Assembly: GCA_030867685.1 (NCBI GenBank)
Contig: JAQOWU010000008.1
Location: forward strand, 4,340,001 to 4,404,000
Direction of reading: 5' to 3'
From: Wickerhamiella versatilis
Taxonomy: Eukaryota
Length of the DNA stretch: 64,000 bases
The notes beneath the pieces are model-generated. The model was not told the DNA's origin. It searched no databases and saw only the letters and a program-made list of their open reading frames with translations. This document shows, piece by piece, positions 46,654 to 56,180 of the stretch. A program made the position numbers and the translations under genes. Position 1 is the stretch's first letter, and every line of letters starts with the position of its first letter.

Positions 46654-48211
46654 ATGAAGCTCGATATCTTTGAATTAAGACAGAGTAGCGAGTCCCAAAG
46701 AAAAGATCATGAGAAAGGCTGGATAGCTGATATACATCTGGGATGTTCAGAATCTCTGAACCGTGAGTACTCGATGCTGAGTGTCTTTTCATTTACGATA
46801 TCGATTTCGGCCCTTTTTGCAACAGTAGGAACGTCATTTGCTTATCCTTTGATAGCTGGAGGACCAGTATGTATTGTATGGTCATGGCTAATAGGTGGTG
46901 TAGGCTCCCTTCTCATCGCATTGTCAGTTTCAGAACTCGTAAGTGCCTATCCGCGTTCTGGAGGGTTGTACTATGTATGCAGCCGTGTTTTTCCTGCGGA
47001 ACCTAGTTGGCACGGATGGGCCCCGCTGATGGCATGGGTCAATGGGATACCTTAGTTTAGGTGGACAACTGGCTTGCGCAGCTTCCTCAGAGTGGGGTGG
47101 CGCTCAAATGGTTCTGAGTGCCGCTTCAATGGGGTCGGACTTTACCTATATTCCTACAGACTCCCATACTGTCGGTACGGTGAGCGCAATCATTCTATTT
47201 CATGGTTTTATTAATTGTCTACCCACAAAATATGTGGAACGTTTAGGTAGAGTCTACTTTGTGCTACACTACGCTGCGCTCGTTGCGGGCGTGATTACTC
47301 TCCTGGTATGTACGAAGGACAAGAATAATGTTGACTACGTGTTTAAAAAATTTGATTCGACCTCAGGATGGTCTCCAGATGGCTGGTCATTTATGTTTGG
47401 CTTCCTTGCTGTTAGTTGGACACTTACCAATTATGATGCACCTGCACACTTGTGTGAGGAGACCAAGAGCCCAGATACCAAGGTGCCTTGGGGTATTGCC
47501 ACTGGAAATTCAGTTACAGTACTCCTTGGTTTTGTTTACAATATAGTCTTATGCTTTTGTATGGGTCGGCCAGATTCTATCGTTGATGCTTCTCTGCCTG
47601 TAGCACAAATATACTATAACCAGCTTGGTAAAGCAGGAGGTATCACATTTACCATACTAATGTTTCTGGTAATGAACTTTGCTTGCATTAGTATAATCCA
47701 GGCTGCAAGTAGAACAATGTGGGCTCAAGGAAGGGACAATTTATTTGGAAGACGAGGTTCGCGACTAGTAGGAAGGGTCAATCACGTTACGAATACTCCA
47801 ATAAATTCTGTATTAATCTCTTCTTTCCTGTGTATCTGTATAAACTTGATTGGGCTCGGTAGCGACGAGACAATTAATGCTATATTTAATGCTACACCAA
47901 TTCTTATTGATTGGTCCGCATGCATACCAATTATTGGGAAGCTACTTAATCCCAAATTATTTAAACGTGGTCCCTGGCATCTGGGAAAAGCATCGACTGC
48001 TATAAATGTCGCTTCAGTCCTGTGGACATCTTTTGTGAGCATTGTTTTTGTTATGCCCAGCTCAATGCCAGTGAACAAAGAAAATATGAATTACTGTGTT
48101 GTTTTCATAATTGCTCTATTGTTTTCATCTCTACTAGGATGGCGATTTGGTGGTAAAAGAGCTTATAAAGGTCCTGAGGAGGAATCAGAGATCGAATACT
48201 CGGAAAAGTAG
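46654..48211 (+). pseudogene. Fungal APC amino-acid/GABA/polyamine permease (Uga4/Tpo5-like), split by a 1-nt frameshift
   Basis: ORFs 46654-47055 and 47042-48211 join into one permease (SELVSAYPRSGGLYY...WVNG|YLSLGGQ...YDAPAHLCEET) if one G is removed from AATGGGATAC (47044-47046). Could be an assembly error. Confidence 0.85.
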
Positions 48212-48304
48212 GGAAAGTTCTAACCATCAAGCTTTTTTGAAATAAGCTTCTAAATTTTAACGATAATTTGAATTTTTTAGGAATAAAAAAGAAAAAAATT
48301 TAAT

Positions 48305-49759
48305 CTAGTTCCATATAAGCAATTTCAAGGGTGTCGGTTCATAACCACTGCATGGGTTATTGAGCTGGGGGCAATTTGAGATCAGCACCACTAGGTCCAT
48401 TTTGGCTTTCATCTCTACATATTTTCCTGGGCCTGATACACCATCAGCAAAGTCAAGCACACCATCTGGGGAGACAGGGACATTCATGAAAAAGTTAATA
48501 TTATGAGCGATATCGCGTTTGGTGATCCCAAACTCTGGATGCAGAGCTGTTGCAAGCATCCAGTTGTCACGGCATGAATGCATATGTCGCCTTTCCAGAT
48601 CATATCGGACAGTGTTGCTCTCACTGGCACATGCTCCACCAAGTGTATCATGCCTACCACATGTGTCGGCTGTAATCTCTAACATTTCATTACCCAGATT
48701 TGAAAGAAGTTTGGTGCCCGTACTCAAATACAAATTTTTCTGTTCCCGAATTGTATCCATGCAGCTATAACGCTCTGAGGTATCATCTGCGCGAAAGAAA
48801 AGCGTATCCGCGGCTTCATTGCCTTCAACGTCTACAATTCTTAAGGTTTGTCCTTTCCTAACCTTTCCAATGTAATGATCGCCGGCATCAATGACGTAGT
48901 GAGTGATAGCATTTTCCTCACGTTTGATGCTCTCCAAAAGACGAGGGTTTTCAAATTTCATATTAGCGAACCTGTCCACCACATCGAAGCTGCTTTTGTC
49001 ACTAGAGTCATGTAATGATAGTGAGCTCAAATTCCGTAGTCCTAAGTGATAGAGACGATTATTCTCAAATCCTCTCTTGTTTTCAGGACAGTGTTTAAGG
49101 CACAAGTCGGAAGATAGCATGGGAGGTGCTTCACTGAGGTTGATATCAACACCTCTCTTGATATAATTTAGGCTCGAATCCATAGGATGTGGACAGGTGT
49201 GGATAATTACAAGTGTGTCCATCTCGAAACGAAGTGTAACACTACTTCCAGGCTTACAATTTCCAGGAACGTAAGCCAGCTCCCCGCGATCGTCACATTC
49301 CACTTTACTGAAAATATTCAGGTTTGCAGGCATATCTCGTCGTCCGAGGCCATATTTGGCCATCTCAATAAGAAAACTTTCGTATCCGGTTTGAGTGCGA
49401 TCGTTATGAGCTGACTGGAAGCCAACTTCTTGCCAAAATTTACGCAGCATGAGATCTCTAGTAAGATTCCCACCCACGCAATCGTGCCAACCCACATTGT
49501 CTGCGACAATTGAAGCAAAAATTCTTCCCATATCAGAATAGATACAATTTCCACGTGACAACTTGAATGTATGCTGACACTTTAACGTATCGGGTAGATT
49601 CAGACGCTCCAACTTATTTTCAGGGTTGAAGAATAACATACCAACATTCGTATCTTCATATTGGGTAGACAATGTCATTGTGGTACCTTGACGTAGTCGT
49701 AATGACCAGTGCTGGCCACCGGGTAAATGTGTAGTGTAGCTGAATTCTTTTTGTTCCAT
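48305..49759 (-). CDS. cgdAB: Fused carboxyguanidine deiminase CgdA-CgdB (two urea-carboxylase-associated DUF1989 proteins in one ORF)
   Basis: N-half LPGGQHWS...ERLNLPDTLKCQHT...YSDMGR...WHD...CPHP. C-half GQTLRIVDVEGNEAADTLF...DTCGRHDTLGGAC...NINFFMNVPV...SNCPQLNNPC. A Ser-rich linker separates them. Confidence 0.9.
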   Translation of the reverse strand: MEQKEFSYTTHLPGGQHWSLRLRQGTTMTLSTQYEDTNVGMLFFNPENKLERLNLPDTLKCQHTFKLSRGNCIYSDMGRIFASIVADNVGWHDCVGGNLTRDLMLRKFWQEVGFQSAHNDRTQTGYESFLIEMAKYGLGRRDMPANLNIFSKVECDDRGELAYVPGNCKPGSSVTLRFEMDTLVIIHTCPHPMDSSLNYIKRGVDINLSEAPPMLSSDLCLKHCPENKRGFENNRLYHLGLRNLSSLSLHDSSDKSSFDVVDRFANMKFENPRLLESIKREENAITHYVIDAGDHYIGKVRKGQTLRIVDVEGNEAADTLFFRADDTSERYSCMDTIREQKNLYLSTGTKLLSNLGNEMLEITADTCGRHDTLGGACASESNTVRYDLERRHMHSCRDNWMLATALHPEFGITKRDIAHNINFFMNVPVSPDGVLDFADGVSGPGKYVEMKAKMDLVVLISNCPQLNNPCSGYEPTPLKLLIWN

Positions 49760-50111
49760 AATGCGACTGTAAAAGTTGTGAAGACTGTTACCATAAGATA
49801 TATCAATATATACTCCGCGGACTTAGTATCAAAATCTCGCTACAAATTACCCTGCAACTCGGAGCGACGGTTACCAGGATCGGCAAACGGACGCCGCAGC
49901 TAGTTGCATAACTTTGTCATGGTAACGAGTACTGCATATGAAGAAATGGCAATTTAGAGCGAATAAGCCACTTTACTTTATTTTAAAATATGAGATAGAT
50001 ACTAGTGGAAAGTTATAGCGATGATATGTGTTTAATCACGGTGCTTAGAATCTCAATCAGATCTACAAATAACCGCTATACCCTTCAATTTAATTCAAAC
50101 AACCGCTTCAC
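49760..50111. promoter_or_regulatory. Bidirectional promoter between cgdAB and the carboxylase
   Basis: 352 bp between divergent ATGs, with a GC-rich core carrying four CGG triplets and three GTTACCA copies. Confidence 0.6.
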
Positions 50112-53100
50112 ATGTTCGATAAGGTATTGATAGCGAACCGTGGTGCAATAGTAACGCGAATTCTTCGCACCTTGAAACGATTAAAGATAAAAGCGGTTGT
50201 TGTATATGCTGAAAGCGACCGCGAAGCGCCATATGTACATGATGCGGATGAATCCTACTCTCTCGGTGATGGAACAGCTAGCCAAACATACCTTGACATG
50301 GAAAAAATTCTCATTATCGCTCGCAAAAGTGGAGTGGAGGCTATACACCCTGGATATGGGTTTCTATCGGAGAATGCCGACTTTATTAACGCCTGTGATA
50401 AATCAAAAATTGTCTTTCTTGGTCCTAAGGCACATCATGTTCAGGAATTCGGCTACAAGCATCGGGCGAGGCAATGTGCTGAACGAGCAGCTGTAGCACT
50501 AGTGCCTGGTTCTGGACTTCTTGATGATGTGGAAAAAGCTCAGAAAGTAGCTCAAGAAATAGGTTTTCCCGTGATACTCAAATCAACTGCTGGTGGGGGA
50601 GGTATTGGTATGCAGGTGTGTGAAGACTCCTCGGCTTTGAGTCGATCTTTTGAGTCTGTACAAACTCTCAGTAAGCGTAATTTTGGGAACGGAGATGTCT
50701 ATATAGAGGCTTTTATACCTAAAGCCCGTCACCTGGAAGTCCAGATATTTGGTGATGGTACAGGCAAAGTAGTAGCTCTTGGAGAGCGGGATTGTTCATC
50801 GCAGCGCCGCAATCAAAAAGTTGTTGAAGAATGTCCAGCACCCGCACTGCCCGATCGTGTAAAACAGGAAATTCATGACACAGCTAGGCGCCTCGGGGAA
50901 TCGGTTAAGTACCAAAGCGCAGGCACTGTAGAGTTTATCTATGACGTACCTCGTCAAAAGTTTTACTTTCTTGAGGTCAATACGCGACTTCAAGTAGAGC
51001 ATGGGGTCACAGAACTAGTTTGGAATGTTGATCTTGTCGAGTGGATGGTTCGTCTAGGGGCAGGTGAGCTGCCTCAGTTAGACTCTCTAAGGAGTAACCT
51101 AGCACCTTCTGGCCATGCTATTCAGGCAAGAATATATTCTGAAGATCCCCTACATAACTTTCGTCCTAGTTCAGGACTTCTCACAGAAGTGAGATTTCCC
51201 GAGTTCCATGGACTACGAATTGATCACGCACTGAAGGCAGGAATTGAAGTCTCGGCGCTTTATGACCCCATGATTGCGAAGGTGATATCTTTCAGTTCTA
51301 ATCGCAACAATGCTTGTGACCTGCTAAGGGAATCACTTGAAAATACTCAGATTTATGGAGTCATCACGAATAAGGAGTGGCTAGTAGCTCTACTTACTAG
51401 TAGAAGCTTTTTATCCGGAAATATTTATACTCAATGGTTAGAGTCATTTCAGTGGTTACCAGATGCAATCGAAATACTAGCATCAGGTACCCTCACGACT
51501 ATTCAAGATTATCCTGGCCGCCAAGGATATTGGAATGTCGGTGTTCCTCCCTCTGGGCCCTTCGATGACTGGTCCTTCCGACTTGGAAATCGCCTTCTAG
51601 AGAATCCAGAGAATGCTGCAGGATTTGAGATAACGCTAAATGGACCCAAAATACAGTTTTTCGTCGCAACCCAGATAGTAATTGCTGGCTCATCATACTC
51701 AGCGACACTCAATGGAAACCCTATCCAGCCGTGGGTAGTTATTGATGTGAATGTAAGGGATATACTCTCTATGGGCTCTGTATGCAATGGTATGAGAAGC
51801 TACCTATTGTTCCGCGGGGGTGTCAAGTGCCCTCTGTATTTAGGCTCACGTAGCACGTTCACCCTGGGACAATTTGGTGGCCATGTTGGGCGCTCACTGA
51901 AGACAGGAGACCAACTTGGCCTCAACAAGCTTCCTCCGGTTCGAACTCGTATTCTTAATCCTTCCCTATTGCCAAGATATTCTAATGGCGATGGACTCTG
52001 GGAAATATCAGTATGCTATGGACCTCATGGCGCCCCAGATTTTTTCACAGAACAGGACATCAATACTCTATTCAGTCACCAATGGAAAGTTCATTATAAT
52101 TCAAGTCGTACTGGTGTTAGACTTATGGGACCGCATCCTGAGTGGGCCCGTAGTGATGGTGGAGAAGCAGGTCTGCACCCGTCTAATATACATGACAATG
52201 CATATGCATTTGGTACAATTGACTTTACTGGAGACATGCCTATCATCCTCGGTCCTGATGGACCCTCTTTAGGAGGTTTTGTCTGTCCTGCCACAGTAAT
52301 CCACAGTGATCGCTGGAAAATAGGGCAGTTGGCACCCGATGACAGAGTTAAATTCGTTCCTGTCTCAATGAATCAAGCGCAAGCCATTGAGAGACAGTAC
52401 ACTCATGCTCTAGAAAACTTATCCCCACTATGCCTGCCTGCTATTATACCATCTAAAGGCTCACCTATTCTACGTGAAGTAGAAGCAAGTGAAGCCGGTG
52501 AATGTATAACATATCGTTGTGCTGGTGACGATTTTCTACTTATCGAGTTTGGACCCATAATTCTCGACATATCTCTTCGCTTTAGGGTGCATACCTGGAT
52601 GCTTTGGGTAGAGTCGCATAAATTACCGGGAATAAAAGAATTGACGCCAGGAATACGCTCTTTGCAGATACACTACGATCCCAGCAGATTGTCGATAGAA
52701 GCACTTTTGATTCATTTAAGGCAAGCTGAGAATGAGCTGCGCAGTATTAATGATTTAGAAGTTGAGACTCGTGAGATATTCCTCCCAATTTCTTGGGATG
52801 ATCCTGACTGCCAAAAGGCAATCGATCATTACCAGCAGAGTGTCAGACCAGGAGCACCATGGTGTCCAAGCAATTTAGAATTCATCCGTCGAATCAATGG
52901 ACTTAAAGATATCAGTCAAATAAGAGATATTATTTTTGATGCTAGCTATCTTGTCATGGGGCTGGGTGATGTATATCTTGGTGCGCCAGTGGCCACTCCA
53001 TTAAATCCAACACAACGGCTCGTAACCACAAAGTATAACCCAGCTCGTACATGGACGGCAGAGAATTCAGTTGGTATAGGTGGCGCTTACCTTTGTGTTT

Positions 53101-53711
53101 ATGGGATGGAAGGTCCTGGTGGATACCAATTTGTCGGGCGGACATTGCAAATGTGGAATCGTTACGAGAGTACCGAATATTTCAGTAACCCCTGGTTATT
53201 GAAGTTTTTCGACCAGTTGCGATTCTATGAAGTTAGTCATGACGAATTGATCAGAATACGTCGAGACTTTCCACATGGTCGTTTCAAGCTGAATGTTCGT
53301 CAGAATACTTTCCGATTAGCAGACTACGTCGAAGATATGAAGAAGATTCAAGAGGATGTCGATGAGTTTCGCGTAAAGCGCGAAAAAGCTTTTCAGGAGG
53401 AAATTGCCAGATGGCATGCGAATGGTCAATTCACGTTTGAAGAAGACCCGAAGGAGTTGTACAGTAATGATAACCCAGTTGTTGAAGATGGCGAGCTGCA
53501 GGTTGAAAGTCCAGTCTCGGGGAACATATGGAAAGTGATGGTGAATGTTGGCGATTTCGTACAGAAAGACGACACACTTGTACTTATAGAGTCGATGAAA
53601 ATGGAACTCGCGGTATGTGCCCAGTGTAATGGAGCTATTGAGAGAATTCTGATCAAGGAAGGGGTTATGACTACCAACGGTCAGCCTTTGATCGTTATGA
53701 AAGAAATATGA
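50112..53711 (+). CDS. uca: Stand-alone bacterial-type urea/guanidine carboxylase (biotin carboxylase + carboxyltransferase + BCCP; no allophanate hydrolase domain)
   Basis: MFDKVLIANRGAI, FLEVNTRLQVEHGVTE, GLHPSNIHDNAYAFGTIDFTGDMP, TKYNPARTWT and biotinylation site ESMKME. 1199 aa versus about 1830 aa for yeast Dur1,2. Confidence 0.95.
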   Translation: MFDKVLIANRGAIVTRILRTLKRLKIKAVVVYAESDREAPYVHDADESYSLGDGTASQTYLDMEKILIIARKSGVEAIHPGYGFLSENADFINACDKSKIVFLGPKAHHVQEFGYKHRARQCAERAAVALVPGSGLLDDVEKAQKVAQEIGFPVILKSTAGGGGIGMQVCEDSSALSRSFESVQTLSKRNFGNGDVYIEAFIPKARHLEVQIFGDGTGKVVALGERDCSSQRRNQKVVEECPAPALPDRVKQEIHDTARRLGESVKYQSAGTVEFIYDVPRQKFYFLEVNTRLQVEHGVTELVWNVDLVEWMVRLGAGELPQLDSLRSNLAPSGHAIQARIYSEDPLHNFRPSSGLLTEVRFPEFHGLRIDHALKAGIEVSALYDPMIAKVISFSSNRNNACDLLRESLENTQIYGVITNKEWLVALLTSRSFLSGNIYTQWLESFQWLPDAIEILASGTLTTIQDYPGRQGYWNVGVPPSGPFDDWSFRLGNRLLENPENAAGFEITLNGPKIQFFVATQIVIAGSSYSATLNGNPIQPWVVIDVNVRDILSMGSVCNGMRSYLLFRGGVKCPLYLGSRSTFTLGQFGGHVGRSLKTGDQLGLNKLPPVRTRILNPSLLPRYSNGDGLWEISVCYGPHGAPDFFTEQDINTLFSHQWKVHYNSSRTGVRLMGPHPEWARSDGGEAGLHPSNIHDNAYAFGTIDFTGDMPIILGPDGPSLGGFVCPATVIHSDRWKIGQLAPDDRVKFVPVSMNQAQAIERQYTHALENLSPLCLPAIIPSKGSPILREVEASEAGECITYRCAGDDFLLIEFGPIILDISLRFRVHTWMLWVESHKLPGIKELTPGIRSLQIHYDPSRLSIEALLIHLRQAENELRSINDLEVETREIFLPISWDDPDCQKAIDHYQQSVRPGAPWCPSNLEFIRRINGLKDISQIRDIIFDASYLVMGLGDVYLGAPVATPLNPTQRLVTTKYNPARTWTAENSVGIGGAYLCVYGMEGPGGYQFVGRTLQMWNRYESTEYFSNPWLLKFFDQLRFYEVSHDELIRIRRDFPHGRFKLNVRQNTFRLADYVEDMKKIQEDVDEFRVKREKAFQEEIARWHANGQFTFEEDPKELYSNDNPVVEDGELQVESPVSGNIWKVMVNVGDFVQKDDTLVLIESMKMELAVCAQCNGAIERILIKEGVMTTNGQPLIVMKEI

Positions 53712-53775
53712 GCCAGGTTAAACTTTCTTTAGATTATTATTGAAATTATGTTATATCGTCTGATTAGTGAGCATG

Positions 53776-54195
53776 CTAAATTATCGTCACATTATATACC
53801 GTAGACAACATTAACTTACTTACCATTTTGAGGCCCACAACACCACCTACTATCATAGATAAGAACACAAATTTAGTTAAGTCCATGGACTCAGTACCCC
53901 ACAGTACAGATACACTTACTGTCGCGACCCCGCCTACTGCAGTCCACACCGCATAAGCCGTACCAGTTGGTACAAAACTCATTGACCAACCCAAACCTCC
54001 CATACTTATAGAAAGACCAACTAGGAAAATTGATATAGGTGCAGCTTTGTGTGGCCCCTCCACATTCCCGAGAGCTGTAGCCCAAACGGCCTCGAACAGT
54101 CCGGACACCAGCAATATTAACCAAGCACTTTGGTTACTGTTCGCAGCAAAGCTTCCGGATTCTTGTTTGAGCGAAAATGAATTTGGAATCCACAT
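53776..54195 (-). CDS. gdx: SMR-family guanidinium exporter Gdx/SugE, bacterial type
   Basis: AWLILLVSGLFEAVWATAL (membrane Glu13 and Trp16 equivalents), ISM, PTGTAYAVWT, GVVGLK. Four TM helices with short N- and C-terminal extensions. Confidence 0.88.
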   Translation of the reverse strand: MWIPNSFSLKQESGSFAANSNQSAWLILLVSGLFEAVWATALGNVEGPHKAAPISIFLVGLSISMGGLGWSMSFVPTGTAYAVWTAVGGVATVSVSVLWGTESMDLTKFVFLSMIVGGVVGLKMVSKLMLSTVYNVTII

Positions 54196-55052
54196 TTCGT
54201 TTTCTTGTACTCCAGCATTTTAATCAAACTTCTTATACTTTGTATAGCCGGGGACTCGTTCTTAACTTCCCTCAATAGACATCATGACTAACACACCTGC
54301 GTGATAGCGTGCTCGGTCTCTGTTACGTTCTCTGTTACTTGTCTTTAGTAATTGGATGTCATTAGTAGTTGGATATCAGTTAAGGTTTCAGGTTTCCTAA
54401 GTTGAGCCGCGCGACATCCGTTAAGGTATTAGCCACAACGTGGAACGGTTCTAGCTAATTTATGAAAAGGAATGAAGCTAGATGGTGTCGCAAAAACAAA
54501 TCATTAATAAAATCTCTAAGCTGATTCTCATGATGTGGCTATAATGGTATTGGTTATTTTTCGACTGTATTCTGCTGTTACGAGTATCTGTATGGTCATA
54601 GAGGCATCACAGCAATCACCCCAATCCCCGCCATTTTCCAATTTTTTTCCTGTGTTAGGCTGTTTATTACATGCGATGATGTTCCATGCTTCACAAAATG
54701 TGAAAACACATATTATGATTGATAATACCTCAGATGCCTTTTTTCAGACGTATTTGGGCCTTTACTAATTTTGAATGATCTGTTAATATAAGATCAGCAA
54801 CCAGCTATAACTCATCATGCAGCACTGTACTCGCACTTTCTTGTATAAGCTTTGTTAAAAATACATTAATTCCAGTAGTCAGTAAATTTGTTTTTGTTTC
54901 TAGCGACTAGAATACCGCCGGGGTTTCGCGTTTCTGGCAGTGTCGAACTGGGGTATTATTACTATGACTAATTTGATGAGTAGCATACGTAACAAACAGG
55001 TTAAATCAAGCCGCGGCTTACGCTTCACCATTTTTTAAAGGGGCTTTGATTA

Positions 55053-56180
55053 ATGTATAAGGTACTTGTTCTCGGTGGATCATTTGCCGGTGTATGCATC
55101 TCACATGCCCTCCTGAAACAAAATTCAGACGTGCACGTAACCCTAGTAAACCCCCACGATGATTTTTACTTTTGCCTAGCAGGGCCCCGCATATTTGCAG
55201 ATCCGAGCTTTTTTAAGCCAGAACAATATTTACACTCCATAAAGGAAGCATTTAAGAAGTATGGGCGCAGGTTTGAGTTTGTGAAAGGCTTGGCTGAGGA
55301 CATCGACCTAAATGACAAAACCGTACTGCTCTCAAGTTCCCAGAGACTTTCATACGACTACCTTGTAATAGCTACTGGTAGCAAAACAACATTTGATGCT
55401 TTCAAACCATCAGGCGATTTAAAAGAAAGCATTAAAAACCTTCAGGATCAAATAGCCAAATCTAAAAGTATAGCGATTGGTGGTGGTGGACCTTTAGGTA
55501 TTGAAATTGCTGGAGAAATTGCAAACTCGTATCCATCAAAAAGCCTTGTACTCATTTGTGCTACAGATCGGTTATTGGACACACTCAAGCCTTCTGCTGG
55601 TACTAAGGCGAGAAACCTTCTTGCAAAACAGAATGTTAAGGTAATTGAAGGCACGAAGGTAAAAGAATATGTGGATGGAAAGGTCTATCTCACGAGTAAT
55701 CCTATGTCGAAGGTGGTGAAGAAGTCCAAAGTTACTGGATACGTAAGTAAAGAAGCAACTTTCGATAATTCAGGTGAGCCGCTTGATGCAGATTTGTATA
55801 TACCGGCCACAGGTGTCACGCCAAATAACAGTGCCATTCCCAAATCCTTATTGACAAGCAGCGGATATGTTAAAGTTAACAAGAACATGAAAGTCGCGGA
55901 CTATGTATATGCTGCCGGAGATGTGACAAATATTTCCGACAAGCTCGCTAGCAGAGCCATGGATGAGGCTAAGGTAGTAGCCTCCAATATAAGTTCAGAG
56001 GTTCGCGGTACAAGGCCTTCTAAGAAATTTAAAGAAGGGCCATTAATGATGCTTGTACCCATAGGCCCTTCGACAGGGACAGGCCAGATCTCCAACATAA
56101 TCATTAGTGGCTTTTTGATCAAATACATTAAGGCCAAAGATTTTCTGATATCATTCGGTAAATCCATTGCATATCAGTAG
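55053..56180 (+). CDS. AIF/AMID-like FAD-dependent pyridine nucleotide oxidoreductase
   Basis: VLVLGGSFAG, YDYLVIATG, IGGGGPLGIEIAGE, YAAGD. Confidence 0.88.
   Translation: MYKVLVLGGSFAGVCISHALLKQNSDVHVTLVNPHDDFYFCLAGPRIFADPSFFKPEQYLHSIKEAFKKYGRRFEFVKGLAEDIDLNDKTVLLSSSQRLSYDYLVIATGSKTTFDAFKPSGDLKESIKNLQDQIAKSKSIAIGGGGPLGIEIAGEIANSYPSKSLVLICATDRLLDTLKPSAGTKARNLLAKQNVKVIEGTKVKEYVDGKVYLTSNPMSKVVKKSKVTGYVSKEATFDNSGEPLDADLYIPATGVTPNNSAIPKSLLTSSGYVKVNKNMKVADYVYAAGDVTNISDKLASRAMDEAKVVASNISSEVRGTRPSKKFKEGPLMMLVPIGPSTGTGQISNIIISGFLIKYIKAKDFLISFGKSIAYQ

Noticed and set aside
47051-47057. CTTAGTT, identical to the EST3 +1 programmed frameshift heptamer, at the permease break
   Set aside because: It is in the downstream ORF's frame. 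The upstream frame reads CCT TAG, so ribosomes would not decode CUU-AGU. A 1-nt insertion explains the break more simply.
49853-49908. Guanidine-II/III riboswitch relic (ACGG tetramers, CGGC/GCCG stem)
   Set aside because: The ACGR sequences are not closed by stems as tetraloops, and no guanidine-I or -III consensus was found by eye. An Infernal scan would be needed to overturn this.
40175-54195. Functional link between FEX and Gdx as riboswitch-type ion exporters
   Set aside because: FEX here is the ordinary eukaryotic two-domain form, 7 kb or more from the bacterial-type genes, with unrelated genes in between.
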